Shown here one piece after another: positions 18,917-28,573 of a stretch of DNA of 64,000 bases. The first letter of the stretch is position 1, and each line of letters begins with the position of its first letter. The DNA is taken from the NCBI GenBank assembly GCA_028718635.1, contig JAQULK010000001.1:316692-380691 (forward strand), given 5' to 3'. This DNA is from Minisyncoccota bacterium (GTDB taxonomy: Bacteria > Patescibacteriota > Minisyncoccia > Phycocordibacterales > UBA9973). Position numbers and translations under genes: made by a program. The notes under the pieces were generated by a model, which was not told the DNA's origin, did not search any database, and saw nothing but the letters and a program-made list of their open reading frames with translations.

Positions 18917-20829
18917 TTTGTTTTTGCCATTTGGAATTTAATATTTTCTTCTTTGCCTTCTGTTATATTGCTTATTTGAAAAACAGAATTTTGTTGGGTA
19001 ATGTTTTTTACTGCTGTCATCGAGCCGTCTTTAAATAATTTTAATTCTAAAAGCATGCCTTTCATTGTCGGCTTGCTCCAAGATTGGTCAAAAATAAAAT
19101 TGCCAAGTGAATAGGCAATATAACCATTTTTGTAAATTTCGGTATCTTCTACGATATGCGGGTGTGAACCAATAATAATTTTTGCACCATCATCAATCGC
19201 TCTATGGGCTAATTCCTCTTGTCTTGCGTTATGTTTTGTCTGATACTCTACGCCGAAGTGAAAAGCGACGACTAAATAATCCACTTGTTTAGCTGCATTT
19301 TTAATTATTTGATCAAAATTGGGATTGTTTGCGAGGAGAATGCCTGCTTTGCCAGCGTCGGCAGGCAAATTGTTCGGACCAACGTCAGAAAATCCCAGGT
19401 AGCCGATCTTCATTCCATATTTTTCAATAATGGCTGGAGTTTCAGCTTCTGTTGCATTGTTTCCTCCGCCAGTATAAAGGATTTCATTTTCTTTTAGACG
19501 CGCGAGCGTATCAATAAAGGCGTTATGTCCCCAATCATTAATATGATTGTTTGCCAAAGACAAAACGCTTAAACCTGCACCTTTAAGAGTCGGGATGACG
19601 ACGGGATCCATTCTAAAGGAATATAAATTTTTCTGATCTGCCCCTTTGTCCGAAACTGGACCTTCCAAGTTAGCAAAGAAGATGTCCGTGTTTTTTGATA
19701 ATTCAAGCAAGGTGTCTGATTTTTCAAAAAGCTGAGAATAGTCATTGTTGAAATTTTTTATGACTGAATTTTTTACGCCGCGATCGAGCATTATGTCGCC
19801 GGCAAAAGACAAGGTAATAAAATTCTGATCTCTGATGTCCGGCATTCCGATTTTTTCCTGCACCCAATTCGTATTTATATCAGCAGCTCCGCCGTAGTAA
19901 ACATTTTTCCTTAAATATTTTAAAAGAGTTTCTACGTCATTATGACGGTCAGAACTTTGAAGTAAGGTAATGGCAATGGGTTGAGAACCAGTTTTTCCAA
20001 GAGGCAGATCAAAGAGAGAAACGACGGTTTCCTTTGCAGGGTCTGTATAACCGCTTTTTCCTCCCATGTATCCTTCATTCTTCAGGAACTGGCTAATGTT
20101 TGACCAACTGTGAGTTTTGGTGGAATAACTGTTTTTGGTAGTGATTTTAAATAAATCCGATTTTTGCTGAGCTATATAACCGGCCAATTTAAACATATCG
20201 GACACGGTTGATTGATTGTGGGAAGTGAGTCCGCTAGGGTCTTCATAAGAAGTAGAATTCATTTGCAGAGCTCTCGCTTCCTGATTCATTTTCGCGATGA
20301 AACTGCTTCTGCCGAAATATAAAGCAAGCGCTTCCGCTGCGTCGTTGCTTGATTCCAAAAGGAGCGGGTATATTAGATCAGAGATTTTTATTTTTTCTCC
20401 CAATCTCAATTCTCCGTTTTGGCCGGAAGTTGAGAGGGCGGTCTTGGTTATTTTGGTCGTCTCGTTTGGGTTTGCTAATTTACTGGCAACGAGCGCGGTC
20501 ATTAATTTGGAGGTAGAGGCAATCGGAAATTTTTGATCTTGATTTTTTGCAAGAATTACTTCTCCGGTATTCAAGTCGCCGACTAGATAAGCTTTAGCAG
20601 AAACTTTTGGTCCACCTTTTGTATCATTGTTTATATAATAATATTGGAGTTTTGTTGATTCTGGGGCGACAAGTTGGACTACTGAGGCCTCGTTATTTTT
20701 TGTTTGGAATATTTTTATAGAATTAATATTGTTAAAAATAAAGGATACAAAAAAAATACCAAGTATTATTGGAGGCATTGTCCAAAATATTAATTTTGTT
20801 TTATTTTTTATTTCTTTAATAAATTTCAT
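18913..20829 (-). CDS. Membrane-anchored fusion: D-alanyl-D-alanine carboxypeptidase (PBP5-like, SxxK = ASTSKLMT) and a C-terminal CapA/PGA-type metallophosphoesterase domain
   Basis: STSK motif; ANNHINDWG and GGGNNATEAE motifs of the CapA family. Confidence 0.7.
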   Translation of the reverse strand: MKFIKEIKNKTKLIFWTMPPIILGIFFVSFIFNNINSIKIFQTKNNEASVVQLVAPESTKLQYYYINNDTKGGPKVSAKAYLVGDLNTGEVILAKNQDQKFPIASTSKLMTALVASKLANPNETTKITKTALSTSGQNGELRLGEKIKISDLIYPLLLESSNDAAEALALYFGRSSFIAKMNQEARALQMNSTSYEDPSGLTSHNQSTVSDMFKLAGYIAQQKSDLFKITTKNSYSTKTHSWSNISQFLKNEGYMGGKSGYTDPAKETVVSLFDLPLGKTGSQPIAITLLQSSDRHNDVETLLKYLRKNVYYGGAADINTNWVQEKIGMPDIRDQNFITLSFAGDIMLDRGVKNSVIKNFNNDYSQLFEKSDTLLELSKNTDIFFANLEGPVSDKGADQKNLYSFRMDPVVIPTLKGAGLSVLSLANNHINDWGHNAFIDTLARLKENEILYTGGGNNATEAETPAIIEKYGMKIGYLGFSDVGPNNLPADAGKAGILLANNPNFDQIIKNAAKQVDYLVVAFHFGVEYQTKHNARQEELAHRAIDDGAKIIIGSHPHIVEDTEIYKNGYIAYSLGNFIFDQSWSKPTMKGMLLELKLFKDGSMTAVKNITQQNSVFQISNITEGKEENIKFQMAKTN

Positions 20830-22817
20830 TATATTAAAACATAGTCTATAGTTTTTTTCTCCAAATCAACTGCTTTTACTTTTATTTTAACATGATCGCC
20901 AAGACGATATCTTTTTCCTTGCCTACCGGCAGGCGGGTTCTTTTTTTGCCCGACCAATTCTAGTTTTTTTTCATTAAAAATATAAAAGTCGTCTTTCATA
21001 TCTCGTACTCGTACGAGGCCTTCGCATTTTGTACCTATCTCTTCAACATACATACCCCACTCAGTTATGCCACTTATCACTCCATCAAAACTTTCCCCTT
21101 TGCGTTTAGACATATATTCCACTTGTTTGTATTTTATGGATGCTCGTTCGGCTTCCGTTGCCCGTTTTTCTTGTTCAGAAGCGATTATGACAATTCTTTC
21201 ATATTCTAATAATTTTTCTTTTAATTTATTATTTGTCACTTTTTTCTTTGCAAGATAATCACTCAATAATCTATGGATCATAATGTCTGGATATCTTCTG
21301 ATTGGGGAAGTGAAATGCGTGTAATATTCAAAAGCTAAGCCATAATGGCCGATATTTTTTGTAGAATAAGTTGCTTTGGCCATAGACCTGATCACGGCGC
21401 GATGTACCGTATCACTCATTATTTTGTTTGGGTTTTTGCTTTTTAAATCTTCAAGTAATTTATTTATTTCATGAGTTGGAATTATCCCGTCTTGTAATGA
21501 TACTTTGTGTCCCAAGCTTCGTAAGAAAAATGCGAGATCAGCCATTTTCTCTTTTGATGGTTCATCATGGATGCGATAAATGGAAATATCTTTTGAGAGA
21601 ACTTTTGCCACTTTTTTATTTGCCAGCAACATAAACTCTTCAACTAGTCTATTGGAATCACCTCGTTCTTTTTTTATTACTTTTATCGGGGTACCCTTAT
21701 CATCTAAAATAAATTTAACTTCTTCTTGGTCAAGTGATATAGCGCCTTTAGCAAATCTTTCTTTGGTTAATTTTTTTGCTAAATTATTCAAAATGGAAAG
21801 CTCTTTATGTAGGGGAGCATTTTCATTTTTTATTGCCTCGCCCGTAGGGCTATGGCCGAGGGCTTTTTCTGCTTCTTCATATGTAAATCTTTTTTTAGAA
21901 TGTATTACAGTGCGACCAAACCATTCATCTTTTATTTCTGCGTTTTTATTAATAATAAATACTGCGCTCATGGTGAGTCGATCTTTGTGGGGGACTAAAC
22001 TGCACAAATCATTCGAAAGAGTTTCCGGGAGCATCGGTATTGTTCTGTCTACTAGATAAACCGAGGTTCCTCTTGTGCGGGCTTCTTCATCTAAAGCGCT
22101 GCCAGGTCTCACATAGTGAGACACGTCTGCTATATGGATGCCGACTTCATACACCTCACCCCCTAGCCCCCTCTCCTTATTAAGGAGAGGGGGGAGAATA
22201 CGAAAAGAAATTGCGTCATCAAAATCTTTTGCATCCTCTGGATCAATCGTAAAAGTTAGTGTTTTTGTGAAATCCCGACGTCCTTCATAATCACTTTTTC
22301 TTATTCCTTCGCGCTTTATTTTTTTTGCTTCTTCTTCTACTTTATTTGGAAGTTCTGAATCAAAACCTTTTTCTATCGCAATTGCATTCATCTCGGTAGT
22401 GTTGTCACCAGGTTTTCCCAAGATTTTTATTACTTTTCCAATGGGAGCTTTTTGCGCGTCTTTCCATGAAACTATTTCCACAAAAACTTTTTGCCCGATT
22501 TTTGCGTTATTCAAATTTTCTTTTGGAATCAAAATATCCGTGTACATTTTCGTGTCATCTGTTTTCAAAAAAACTACATTTTTTTCTTGTTCCAAAACTC
22601 CGGTAAAACGCATTTTTGCGCGAGAAATTATTTTTACTACTTCGGCAGTCTGGCGTTTCTGGCTTTTTGGGTGGAGAAGTATCTCCACCATATCTCCGTG
22701 AAGCGCAGTATTCAAATGCTTAAAATCAATTTCCGGATCTTGTTCTTTATTTTTTCCTATTCCTACGGCTACATATCCCGTGCCTTTTGAGGAGATAGAA
22801 ATAATGCCCTCGGCCAT
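20829..22817 (-). CDS. rnr: Ribonuclease R / RNB-family 3'-5' exoribonuclease with a C-terminal S1 domain; contains an in-frame palindromic insertion
   Basis: RNB domain motifs, S1 at the C-terminus; start chosen at MAEGIISI to avoid overlap with the divergent promoter. Confidence 0.85.
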   Translation of the reverse strand: MAEGIISISSKGTGYVAVGIGKNKEQDPEIDFKHLNTALHGDMVEILLHPKSQKRQTAEVVKIISRAKMRFTGVLEQEKNVVFLKTDDTKMYTDILIPKENLNNAKIGQKVFVEIVSWKDAQKAPIGKVIKILGKPGDNTTEMNAIAIEKGFDSELPNKVEEEAKKIKREGIRKSDYEGRRDFTKTLTFTIDPEDAKDFDDAISFRILPPLLNKERGLGGEVYEVGIHIADVSHYVRPGSALDEEARTRGTSVYLVDRTIPMLPETLSNDLCSLVPHKDRLTMSAVFIINKNAEIKDEWFGRTVIHSKKRFTYEEAEKALGHSPTGEAIKNENAPLHKELSILNNLAKKLTKERFAKGAISLDQEEVKFILDDKGTPIKVIKKERGDSNRLVEEFMLLANKKVAKVLSKDISIYRIHDEPSKEKMADLAFFLRSLGHKVSLQDGIIPTHEINKLLEDLKSKNPNKIMSDTVHRAVIRSMAKATYSTKNIGHYGLAFEYYTHFTSPIRRYPDIMIHRLLSDYLAKKKVTNNKLKEKLLEYERIVIIASEQEKRATEAERASIKYKQVEYMSKRKGESFDGVISGITEWGMYVEEIGTKCEGLVRVRDMKDDFYIFNEKKLELVGQKKNPPAGRQGKRYRLGDHVKIKVKAVDLEKKTIDYVLI

Positions 22818-22909
22818 AGACCTACGGGCGAGGTCTTGCCGTATGTGTTGTTTATTTAAATTATTTTTCACCTTATAAATATAGCATAATTTAAACAACC
22901 ATAGAGTGA

Positions 22910-22937
22910 TTGACAATCATTTAAAATATGGTAGAAT
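22910..22937 (+). promoter_or_regulatory. Strong promoter: -35 TTGACA (22910..22915), 16-nt spacer, extended -10 TGgTAGAAT (to 22937); the ATG at 22945 is 7 nt downstream, so the transcript is leaderless
   Basis: Direct consensus match. Confidence 0.55.
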
Positions 22938-22944
22938 CAAGGTT

Positions 22945-23553
22945 ATGGATAAAGTATCAAACAAATGGAAAAAGTTCTCAATGTTTACAGTTGTAATTCT
23001 AATGGTTTTTTTGAATTCTATTACACCGGTATTAGCATATGATGAAAGCTTCGAAACTGATATGCCTTTTTATACAGGTGTTGATTATGATACAGGCGTT
23101 AATTATATGTATGGTACGAATTACGACTCAGGTGCTTTTTTTGAAAGTGGCGAAATTTACATTACTGGTGAAGATTTCGGCACAGGTGAAATCTTTTGGA
23201 CCGGAACTGATTATTATACTGGTGTCACGTATCAAATTGGACAAACCTTTGATACCGGATCAAATTTCAGTACCGGCGTTACTTTTAGAGTAGGTAATAC
23301 TGAATACGTCGGTATTGCCTATCGAACTGGTCAAAATTTAAGAACTGGTGTTAATTATTACACTGGAATCGCATATCAAACTGGCCAAATATTTAATGCG
23401 GGGGAAAATTATTCAACTGGTATGTTTTTAGGAACAGGCAATAATTACTCTACTGGCACTATGTACCGAACTGGCCAAACTTTTGGAACCGGTACTACAT
23501 ACAATACTGGCACTATGTATAATACTGGTCAGGTTGTGAGAATGGGAAGTTAA
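22945..23553 (+). CDS. Secreted protein of about 28 tandem hexapeptide repeats (TGxxYx / TGQxFx) after a signal peptide
   Basis: Signal peptide MDKVSNKWKKFSMFTVVILMVFLNSITPVLA; regular 6-residue periodicity of T-G and aromatic residues. Confidence 0.6.
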   Translation: MDKVSNKWKKFSMFTVVILMVFLNSITPVLAYDESFETDMPFYTGVDYDTGVNYMYGTNYDSGAFFESGEIYITGEDFGTGEIFWTGTDYYTGVTYQIGQTFDTGSNFSTGVTFRVGNTEYVGIAYRTGQNLRTGVNYYTGIAYQTGQIFNAGENYSTGMFLGTGNNYSTGTMYRTGQTFGTGTTYNTGTMYNTGQVVRMGS

Positions 23554-23607
23554 ATTCAATTTTATTTTTTTGTTTGCCTTTTTAATAATTTATGCTAAGC
23601 TCTACTT

Positions 23608-23916
23608 ATGTTAAAAATAAGACTTCAGAGAATAGGAAGGAAAAATGATCCGGCGTTTCGGGTTGTTTTGACTGATTCAAAAAATAGCACCAAAAGCGGA
23701 CGATTTTTAGAAATTGTCGGAACTTATAATCCAAAAGCCGGAGAGACAAAATTCGAGGCTGAAAGAATAAAATATTGGATGTCAAAAGGCGCGAAGCTTT
23801 CCGACACAATGCACAATTTTTTGGTGTATCAAAAAGTTATTGAAGGCAAGAAAGTAAATGTTTTGCCTAAAAAGAAACCAACTGTTAAAAGAAAGGAATT
23901 GAAAGCCAAAAGATAA
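23608..23916 (+). CDS. rpsP: Ribosomal protein S16
   Basis: MLKIRLQRIGRKNDPAFRVVL. Confidence 0.92.
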   Translation: MLKIRLQRIGRKNDPAFRVVLTDSKNSTKSGRFLEIVGTYNPKAGETKFEAERIKYWMSKGAKLSDTMHNFLVYQKVIEGKKVNVLPKKKPTVKRKELKAKR

Positions 23917-23917
23917 T

Positions 23918-23968
23918 TCACCTCACCCGGCCTTTGGCCACCCTCTCCTTAATAAGGAGAGGGGCTGG
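23918..23968 (+). repeat. Family D nested palindromic element, copy D1 (outer cacctcaccc...gggggtgaggt, inner ccctctccttaataaggagagg)
   Basis: Inverted copy at 45137..45198; related in-frame copies inside pheT, smc-like, rnr and dnaG. Confidence 0.85.
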
Positions 23969-24077
23969 GGGTGAGGTCTTATTGCTACAAAATTTTAATT
24001 AGTTATAATTACAGGTATAGCAGTATGTCAGGTCGTAACACTGCAAGTTTAGTAAAAGATTAAATTAAAAAAACATT

Positions 24078-24440
24078 ATGGAAGAAGCTGATAAGACATT
24101 TCTAGAATACGTAGTGAAAGCTCTAGTCGACAATCCAAACGATGTGAAAATCGAACGTACTTTAGATGAGATGGGAGTTCTTATAACTCTCACAGTAAAC
24201 CCTGCCGATATGGGTAAAATTATCGGAAGAATGGGCAATACGGCAAAAGCTATCCGCACCTTGCTTCGCATCATTGGTATGAAAAATAACGCTCGTGTTA
24301 ACCTAAAGATCAATGAACCTGAGGGCTCCGTCAGACCCGAAAGGGCTGAACGACCAGCGGGATCAATGGGAGGGCATATGAGTTCTGCTCCAACAATGAA
24401 AACGGTTGATCAGGCGATGGAAGACTTGAAAGGAATCTAG
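24078..24440 (+). CDS. KH-domain RNA-binding protein (YlqC/UPF0109-like) in the conserved rpsP-KH-trmD arrangement
   Basis: GKIIGRMGNTAKAIRTL KH GXXG motif. Confidence 0.8.
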   Translation: MEEADKTFLEYVVKALVDNPNDVKIERTLDEMGVLITLTVNPADMGKIIGRMGNTAKAIRTLLRIIGMKNNARVNLKINEPEGSVRPERAERPAGSMGGHMSSAPTMKTVDQAMEDLKGI

Positions 24441-24445
24441 TTTTT

Positions 24446-24530
24446 AAAAAGAGCGAATACAAAAATTTTCTGGCACGCAAGAAGGGTCCAGTGCGTGCAG
24501 GCGAAAACTTTTGTATTCGCTCTTTTTTTG
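24446..24530 (+). terminator. Long hairpin (19-bp stem aaaaagagcgaatacaaaa / ttttgtattcgctcttttt, inner hairpin gcacgc...gcgtgc) followed by a T7 tract; terminator or attenuator between the KH gene and trmD
   Basis: Direct reading of the sequence. Confidence 0.45.
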
Positions 24531-24544
24531 TGTATTATGTCTAT

Positions 24545-25180
24545 ATGCGTTTTCATATAATTACAATTTTTCCCAATATTTATGATTCATACATGAATGA
24601 GTCTATTATCGGGCGAGCAATCAAAGATAAAAAAATAAAAATTCTTTTTTATAATCCCATGAGTTTTTGTAAGCCGAAGGAGCGGGTGGATGGCAGGCCG
24701 TATGGAGGAGGCCCCGGGATGGTATTAAGACCAGAATTTTTTCTTAAGGCCTTTTCTAAAATTAAAATTAAAGACAAGAAGAAAACAAAAATTATTTTAT
24801 TTTCACCAAGTGGTAAAAAATTTGATACAAATTATGCAAAAAAATCTGTACAAAAATATACAGATATTATTATGATTTCTGGACGTTATGAGGGTATAGA
24901 CGCAAGAGTGCAGAAAATTCTTAAAGCTGAAGAAATCTCAATAGGTGATTATGTGCTAACGGGCGGAGATCTTCCAGCTATGGTTTTAATAGATTCTATT
25001 TCAAGACAGATCCCTGGCGTGCTTGGTAAATATGAATCTTTAGAAGAAGAAAGAGTTTCATCAAGCGAAGTTTACACCCGTCCAGAAGTTTTAAAATATA
25101 AAGGTAAAAATTATAGAGTGCCAAAAGTTCTTCTCTCTGGGAATCATAAAAAAATAGAAGAGTGGAGAAAAAAGAAATAA
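24545..25180 (+). CDS. trmD: tRNA (guanine37-N1)-methyltransferase
   Basis: MRFHIITIFP start; GRYEGIDARV; SIGDYVLTGG. Confidence 0.9.
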   Translation: MRFHIITIFPNIYDSYMNESIIGRAIKDKKIKILFYNPMSFCKPKERVDGRPYGGGPGMVLRPEFFLKAFSKIKIKDKKKTKIILFSPSGKKFDTNYAKKSVQKYTDIIMISGRYEGIDARVQKILKAEEISIGDYVLTGGDLPAMVLIDSISRQIPGVLGKYESLEEERVSSSEVYTRPEVLKYKGKNYRVPKVLLSGNHKKIEEWRKKK

Positions 25181-25398
25181 TCCACAACATTTATTTGACA
25201 AAAGAGATGAAATAGAGTAGGGTGTTTAGGATTCATTGATTGAGTATCGGATGCAATCTTATTGTTTAATTATAAGGTTTTTAACTTAATCATATCTAAA
25301 TAATCTAAATAAATCTTGAGAAGCTAAAGAAAAGCATTTTTCATCTGTTTTTCTTTGATTTTTCTTTACTTTATTTTCTTTGTTTAGGCTAAATAACT

Positions 25399-28300
25399 AT
25401 GGCTAAAGAAATAAGCGTAAACAAGCGTCCAAAAAAGTATTTTAATAGATACAAAAAGCCTTTGGTGGAATTTCCGAATTTAATCGAAGCTCAATTAAAA
25501 AGTTTCAAATGGCTAGTGGAAACCGGCATTGGAGAAGTCTTTAAAGAATTTTCTCCTATTATAGATTACTCTGGAAAAAAGTTCCAATTGGAATTCACCT
25601 CTTTTTCTTTGAGTGAATCAAAAGTTGATGAACATAATTCTAAAATAAATAAACTTTCTTACCAAGGTTTGCTTAAAGCTAGAGTAAAATTGACTAATAA
25701 AATTCTCGGCACTGTGAAAGAACAAGAGATTTTTATGTCTGAATTTCCTCTGATGACTTCTCATGGGACTTTTATTATCAACGGAGTGGAGCGCGTCATC
25801 GTACCACAGCTTGCCCGAAGCTTCGGAGTATTTTTTACAGAGTCTGAAAGCAAAGGCAATAAATATTTCGGCGCGAAAATTATTCCAGCTCGTGGAGTTT
25901 GGATTGAAATAGAATCAGAATCAGATGGAGGGATTTATATAAGAATAGACAAAAAGAGAAAATTTCCTGCGATGTCATTATTGCGCGCTCTGGGCTATGA
26001 GAGCAATGAAATGATTTTGAAAGCGTTTGCCGGCAATTCTACCGTAGAAGAAATAATCAAAGCCTCCTTGGCAAAAGAAGGGGATAAAAGTTTAAATGAC
26101 GCTTATGTTGAGATCTATAAGCGTCTTCGAGATGGCGACATGGCGACCGCTGATAATGCCAGAGAATTCATTCATTCTTTATTTACAGCGGAGAGATACG
26201 ACCTTTCTCCAGTAGGGCGATTTAGATTCAATCAGCGCTTCGGGAAGGGAATGGGGGAGGACGAAATGGCTCGCAGAATAATTTCTAAAGAAGATTTGGT
26301 TACTGTAATTTCTCATATCATTACTTTAAATAATACGCCTCTTGCAAAAGCTGATGATATAGACCATTTAGGCCAAAGACGAGTGCGTTTTGTCGGAGAA
26401 ATACTCCAGCAAAAAGTGCGCACAGGCATGATGCAGATCAAAAGAAATATTCAAGACCGCATGTCTATTATTGATGTCGATACGGCCATGCCTATCGCCA
26501 TCATCAATCAGCGTCCGCTTCAAGCCCGCATTAAGGAATTTTTCACTACCAACCAGCTTTCACAATTTATGGCGCAAGAAAATGTGCTTTGTGAAATGGA
26601 GCATCTACGCACGCTATCGGCTCTTGGCCCCGGAGGTCTTACTCGAGAACGAGCAGGTTTGGAAGTGCGTGACGTGCACCCTTCTCATTACGGAAGAGTG
26701 TGCCCGATCCATACCCCGGAAGGTCCGAACATCGGGCTTATTTTACATCTTTCAACATACGCAAAAATAAATGATTTTGGAATTATCGAAACTCCTTATG
26801 TAAAAGTTAAAAACGGCAAGATAACCGGAGAAATTGTTTATATGAATGCGCTTGAAGAAGAAAAATACAATATTGCCCATGCTGGAATTCCTTATGATGA
26901 GAATGGCAAAATTACTAAAGAAAAAGTCGAAGCAAGAATTAAAACAGAGCCGGGAATGGTTTCTCCAGATGCTGTTGATTTTATTGATGTTGCTCCAAAC
27001 CAAGCTTTTTCTATAGCAACTTCCATGGTTCCATTTTTGGAACACAACAATGCAAACCGAGCGCTCATGGGAAGTAATATGCAGAAACAAGCTGTGCCTT
27101 GCGTGTTGCCGGAAATGCCGCTTGTCGCAACTGGAGTTGAAGAATTAGCGGCGCGAGACTCAGGCAGGTTAGTCATTGCATCTGAGGATGGTGTTGTTTC
27201 ATATTTAGATGCTAAAAAAATAGTTGTTAAGGGTAAAACAGAAAAAACTTATAATTTAATTAATTTCCTAAGGAACAACAACTTTGCCGTCTTTCATCAG
27301 CGTCCTTTGGTAAATGTCGGAGATAAAATAAAAAAGGGTGACGTACTTGCAGACACGAGCAGTACCGTGAATGGACAAATTTCTATCGGCCAAAATATTT
27401 TTGTGGCCTTTTTGTCCTGGGCTGGATCGACTTATGAAGATGCGATTGTTATTTCTGAACGCTTGGTAAAAAAGAGCAAATTTACATCTGTCTATGTTGA
27501 AGAATTTATTTGCGCAGTTCGCGACACCAAGCTCGGCCCCGAAATTACCACGCGAGATATTCCAAACGTGGGAGAGCTTCGATTGAAAGATTTGGATGAA
27601 GATGGAATCATCCGTATCGGTGCGGAAGTCAGAGAGAATGATATTTTAGTCGGGAAGATTACGCCGAAAGGGGAAACCGAGCTTACTCCGGAAGAACGTC
27701 TCCTTCGTTCGATCTTTGCCGAAAAAGCGCGCGATGTGAAAGATACTTCTCTTCGCATGGAACACGGCAAGCGCGGACGCATTATCGGGGTAAAGATTTT
27801 TTCCCGCAGTCTAGGGCATACGCTTGAAGCAGGCATTATCAAAAAAATAGTGATAGAAGTCGCTCAGATTAGAAATATTTCGGTTGGAGACAAAATTTCA
27901 GGCAGGCACGGAAACAAAGGAGTCATCTCTACGATTCTTCCAGAAGAAGATATGCCTTACATGGCTGACGGGACACCCATAGATGTCATTCTCTCTCCGC
28001 TTGGAGTTCCTTCTCGTATGAATCTGGGGCAAATTTTGGAAATACATTTAGGGATGGCCGCAAACAGCCTAGGTTATCAAGCGATAGTTCCTCCATTCTT
28101 AGGAGCAAAACATGAAGAAATTCAGGAAGAACTAAAAAAGGCTGGTTTGCCTGAAAATGGCAAGTTGAAACTTTTTGACGGGCGCACAGGAGAAGCTTTC
28201 CAGCAAGATGTGGCAGTCGGATATATGTATATGCTTAAACTGCATCACATGGTGGAAGACAAGATCCATATGCGTTCAGTGGGTCCTTATTCTCTCATCA

Positions 28301-28572
28301 CCCAACAGCCTCTCGGAGGAAAAGCTCAAGGCGGAGGACAAAGATTTGGAGAAATGGAGGTCTGGGCGCTCGAAGGTTACGGCGCGGCCTATACGCTTCG
28401 CGAAATGCTTACTATCAAGTCGGATGACATCCTCGGACGTTCTGCAGCCTTTGATTCTATTATCAAAAATGAAACGATTAAAGCGCCGAATTCTCCCGCT
28501 TCATTCAATGTGCTCTTAAATTATTTAAGGGGTCTAGCACTTGATATTGATTTAAAAAAGGAAAATAAATAA
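25399..28572 (+). CDS. rpoB: DNA-directed RNA polymerase beta subunit (reduced length)
   Basis: Conserved rpoB blocks throughout. Confidence 0.95.
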   Translation: MAKEISVNKRPKKYFNRYKKPLVEFPNLIEAQLKSFKWLVETGIGEVFKEFSPIIDYSGKKFQLEFTSFSLSESKVDEHNSKINKLSYQGLLKARVKLTNKILGTVKEQEIFMSEFPLMTSHGTFIINGVERVIVPQLARSFGVFFTESESKGNKYFGAKIIPARGVWIEIESESDGGIYIRIDKKRKFPAMSLLRALGYESNEMILKAFAGNSTVEEIIKASLAKEGDKSLNDAYVEIYKRLRDGDMATADNAREFIHSLFTAERYDLSPVGRFRFNQRFGKGMGEDEMARRIISKEDLVTVISHIITLNNTPLAKADDIDHLGQRRVRFVGEILQQKVRTGMMQIKRNIQDRMSIIDVDTAMPIAIINQRPLQARIKEFFTTNQLSQFMAQENVLCEMEHLRTLSALGPGGLTRERAGLEVRDVHPSHYGRVCPIHTPEGPNIGLILHLSTYAKINDFGIIETPYVKVKNGKITGEIVYMNALEEEKYNIAHAGIPYDENGKITKEKVEARIKTEPGMVSPDAVDFIDVAPNQAFSIATSMVPFLEHNNANRALMGSNMQKQAVPCVLPEMPLVATGVEELAARDSGRLVIASEDGVVSYLDAKKIVVKGKTEKTYNLINFLRNNNFAVFHQRPLVNVGDKIKKGDVLADTSSTVNGQISIGQNIFVAFLSWAGSTYEDAIVISERLVKKSKFTSVYVEEFICAVRDTKLGPEITTRDIPNVGELRLKDLDEDGIIRIGAEVRENDILVGKITPKGETELTPEERLLRSIFAEKARDVKDTSLRMEHGKRGRIIGVKIFSRSLGHTLEAGIIKKIVIEVAQIRNISVGDKISGRHGNKGVISTILPEEDMPYMADGTPIDVILSPLGVPSRMNLGQILEIHLGMAANSLGYQAIVPPFLGAKHEEIQEELKKAGLPENGKLKLFDGRTGEAFQQDVAVGYMYMLKLHHMVEDKIHMRSVGPYSLITQQPLGGKAQGGGQRFGEMEVWALEGYGAAYTLREMLTIKSDDILGRSAAFDSIIKNETIKAPNSPASFNVLLNYLRGLALDIDLKKENK

Positions 28573-28573
28573 T

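Noticed and set aside
23039-23293. ORF 23039..23293 (+, 84 aa)
   Set aside because: It is an alternative frame inside the hexapeptide-repeat protein gene. Repetitive DNA yields spurious open frames.
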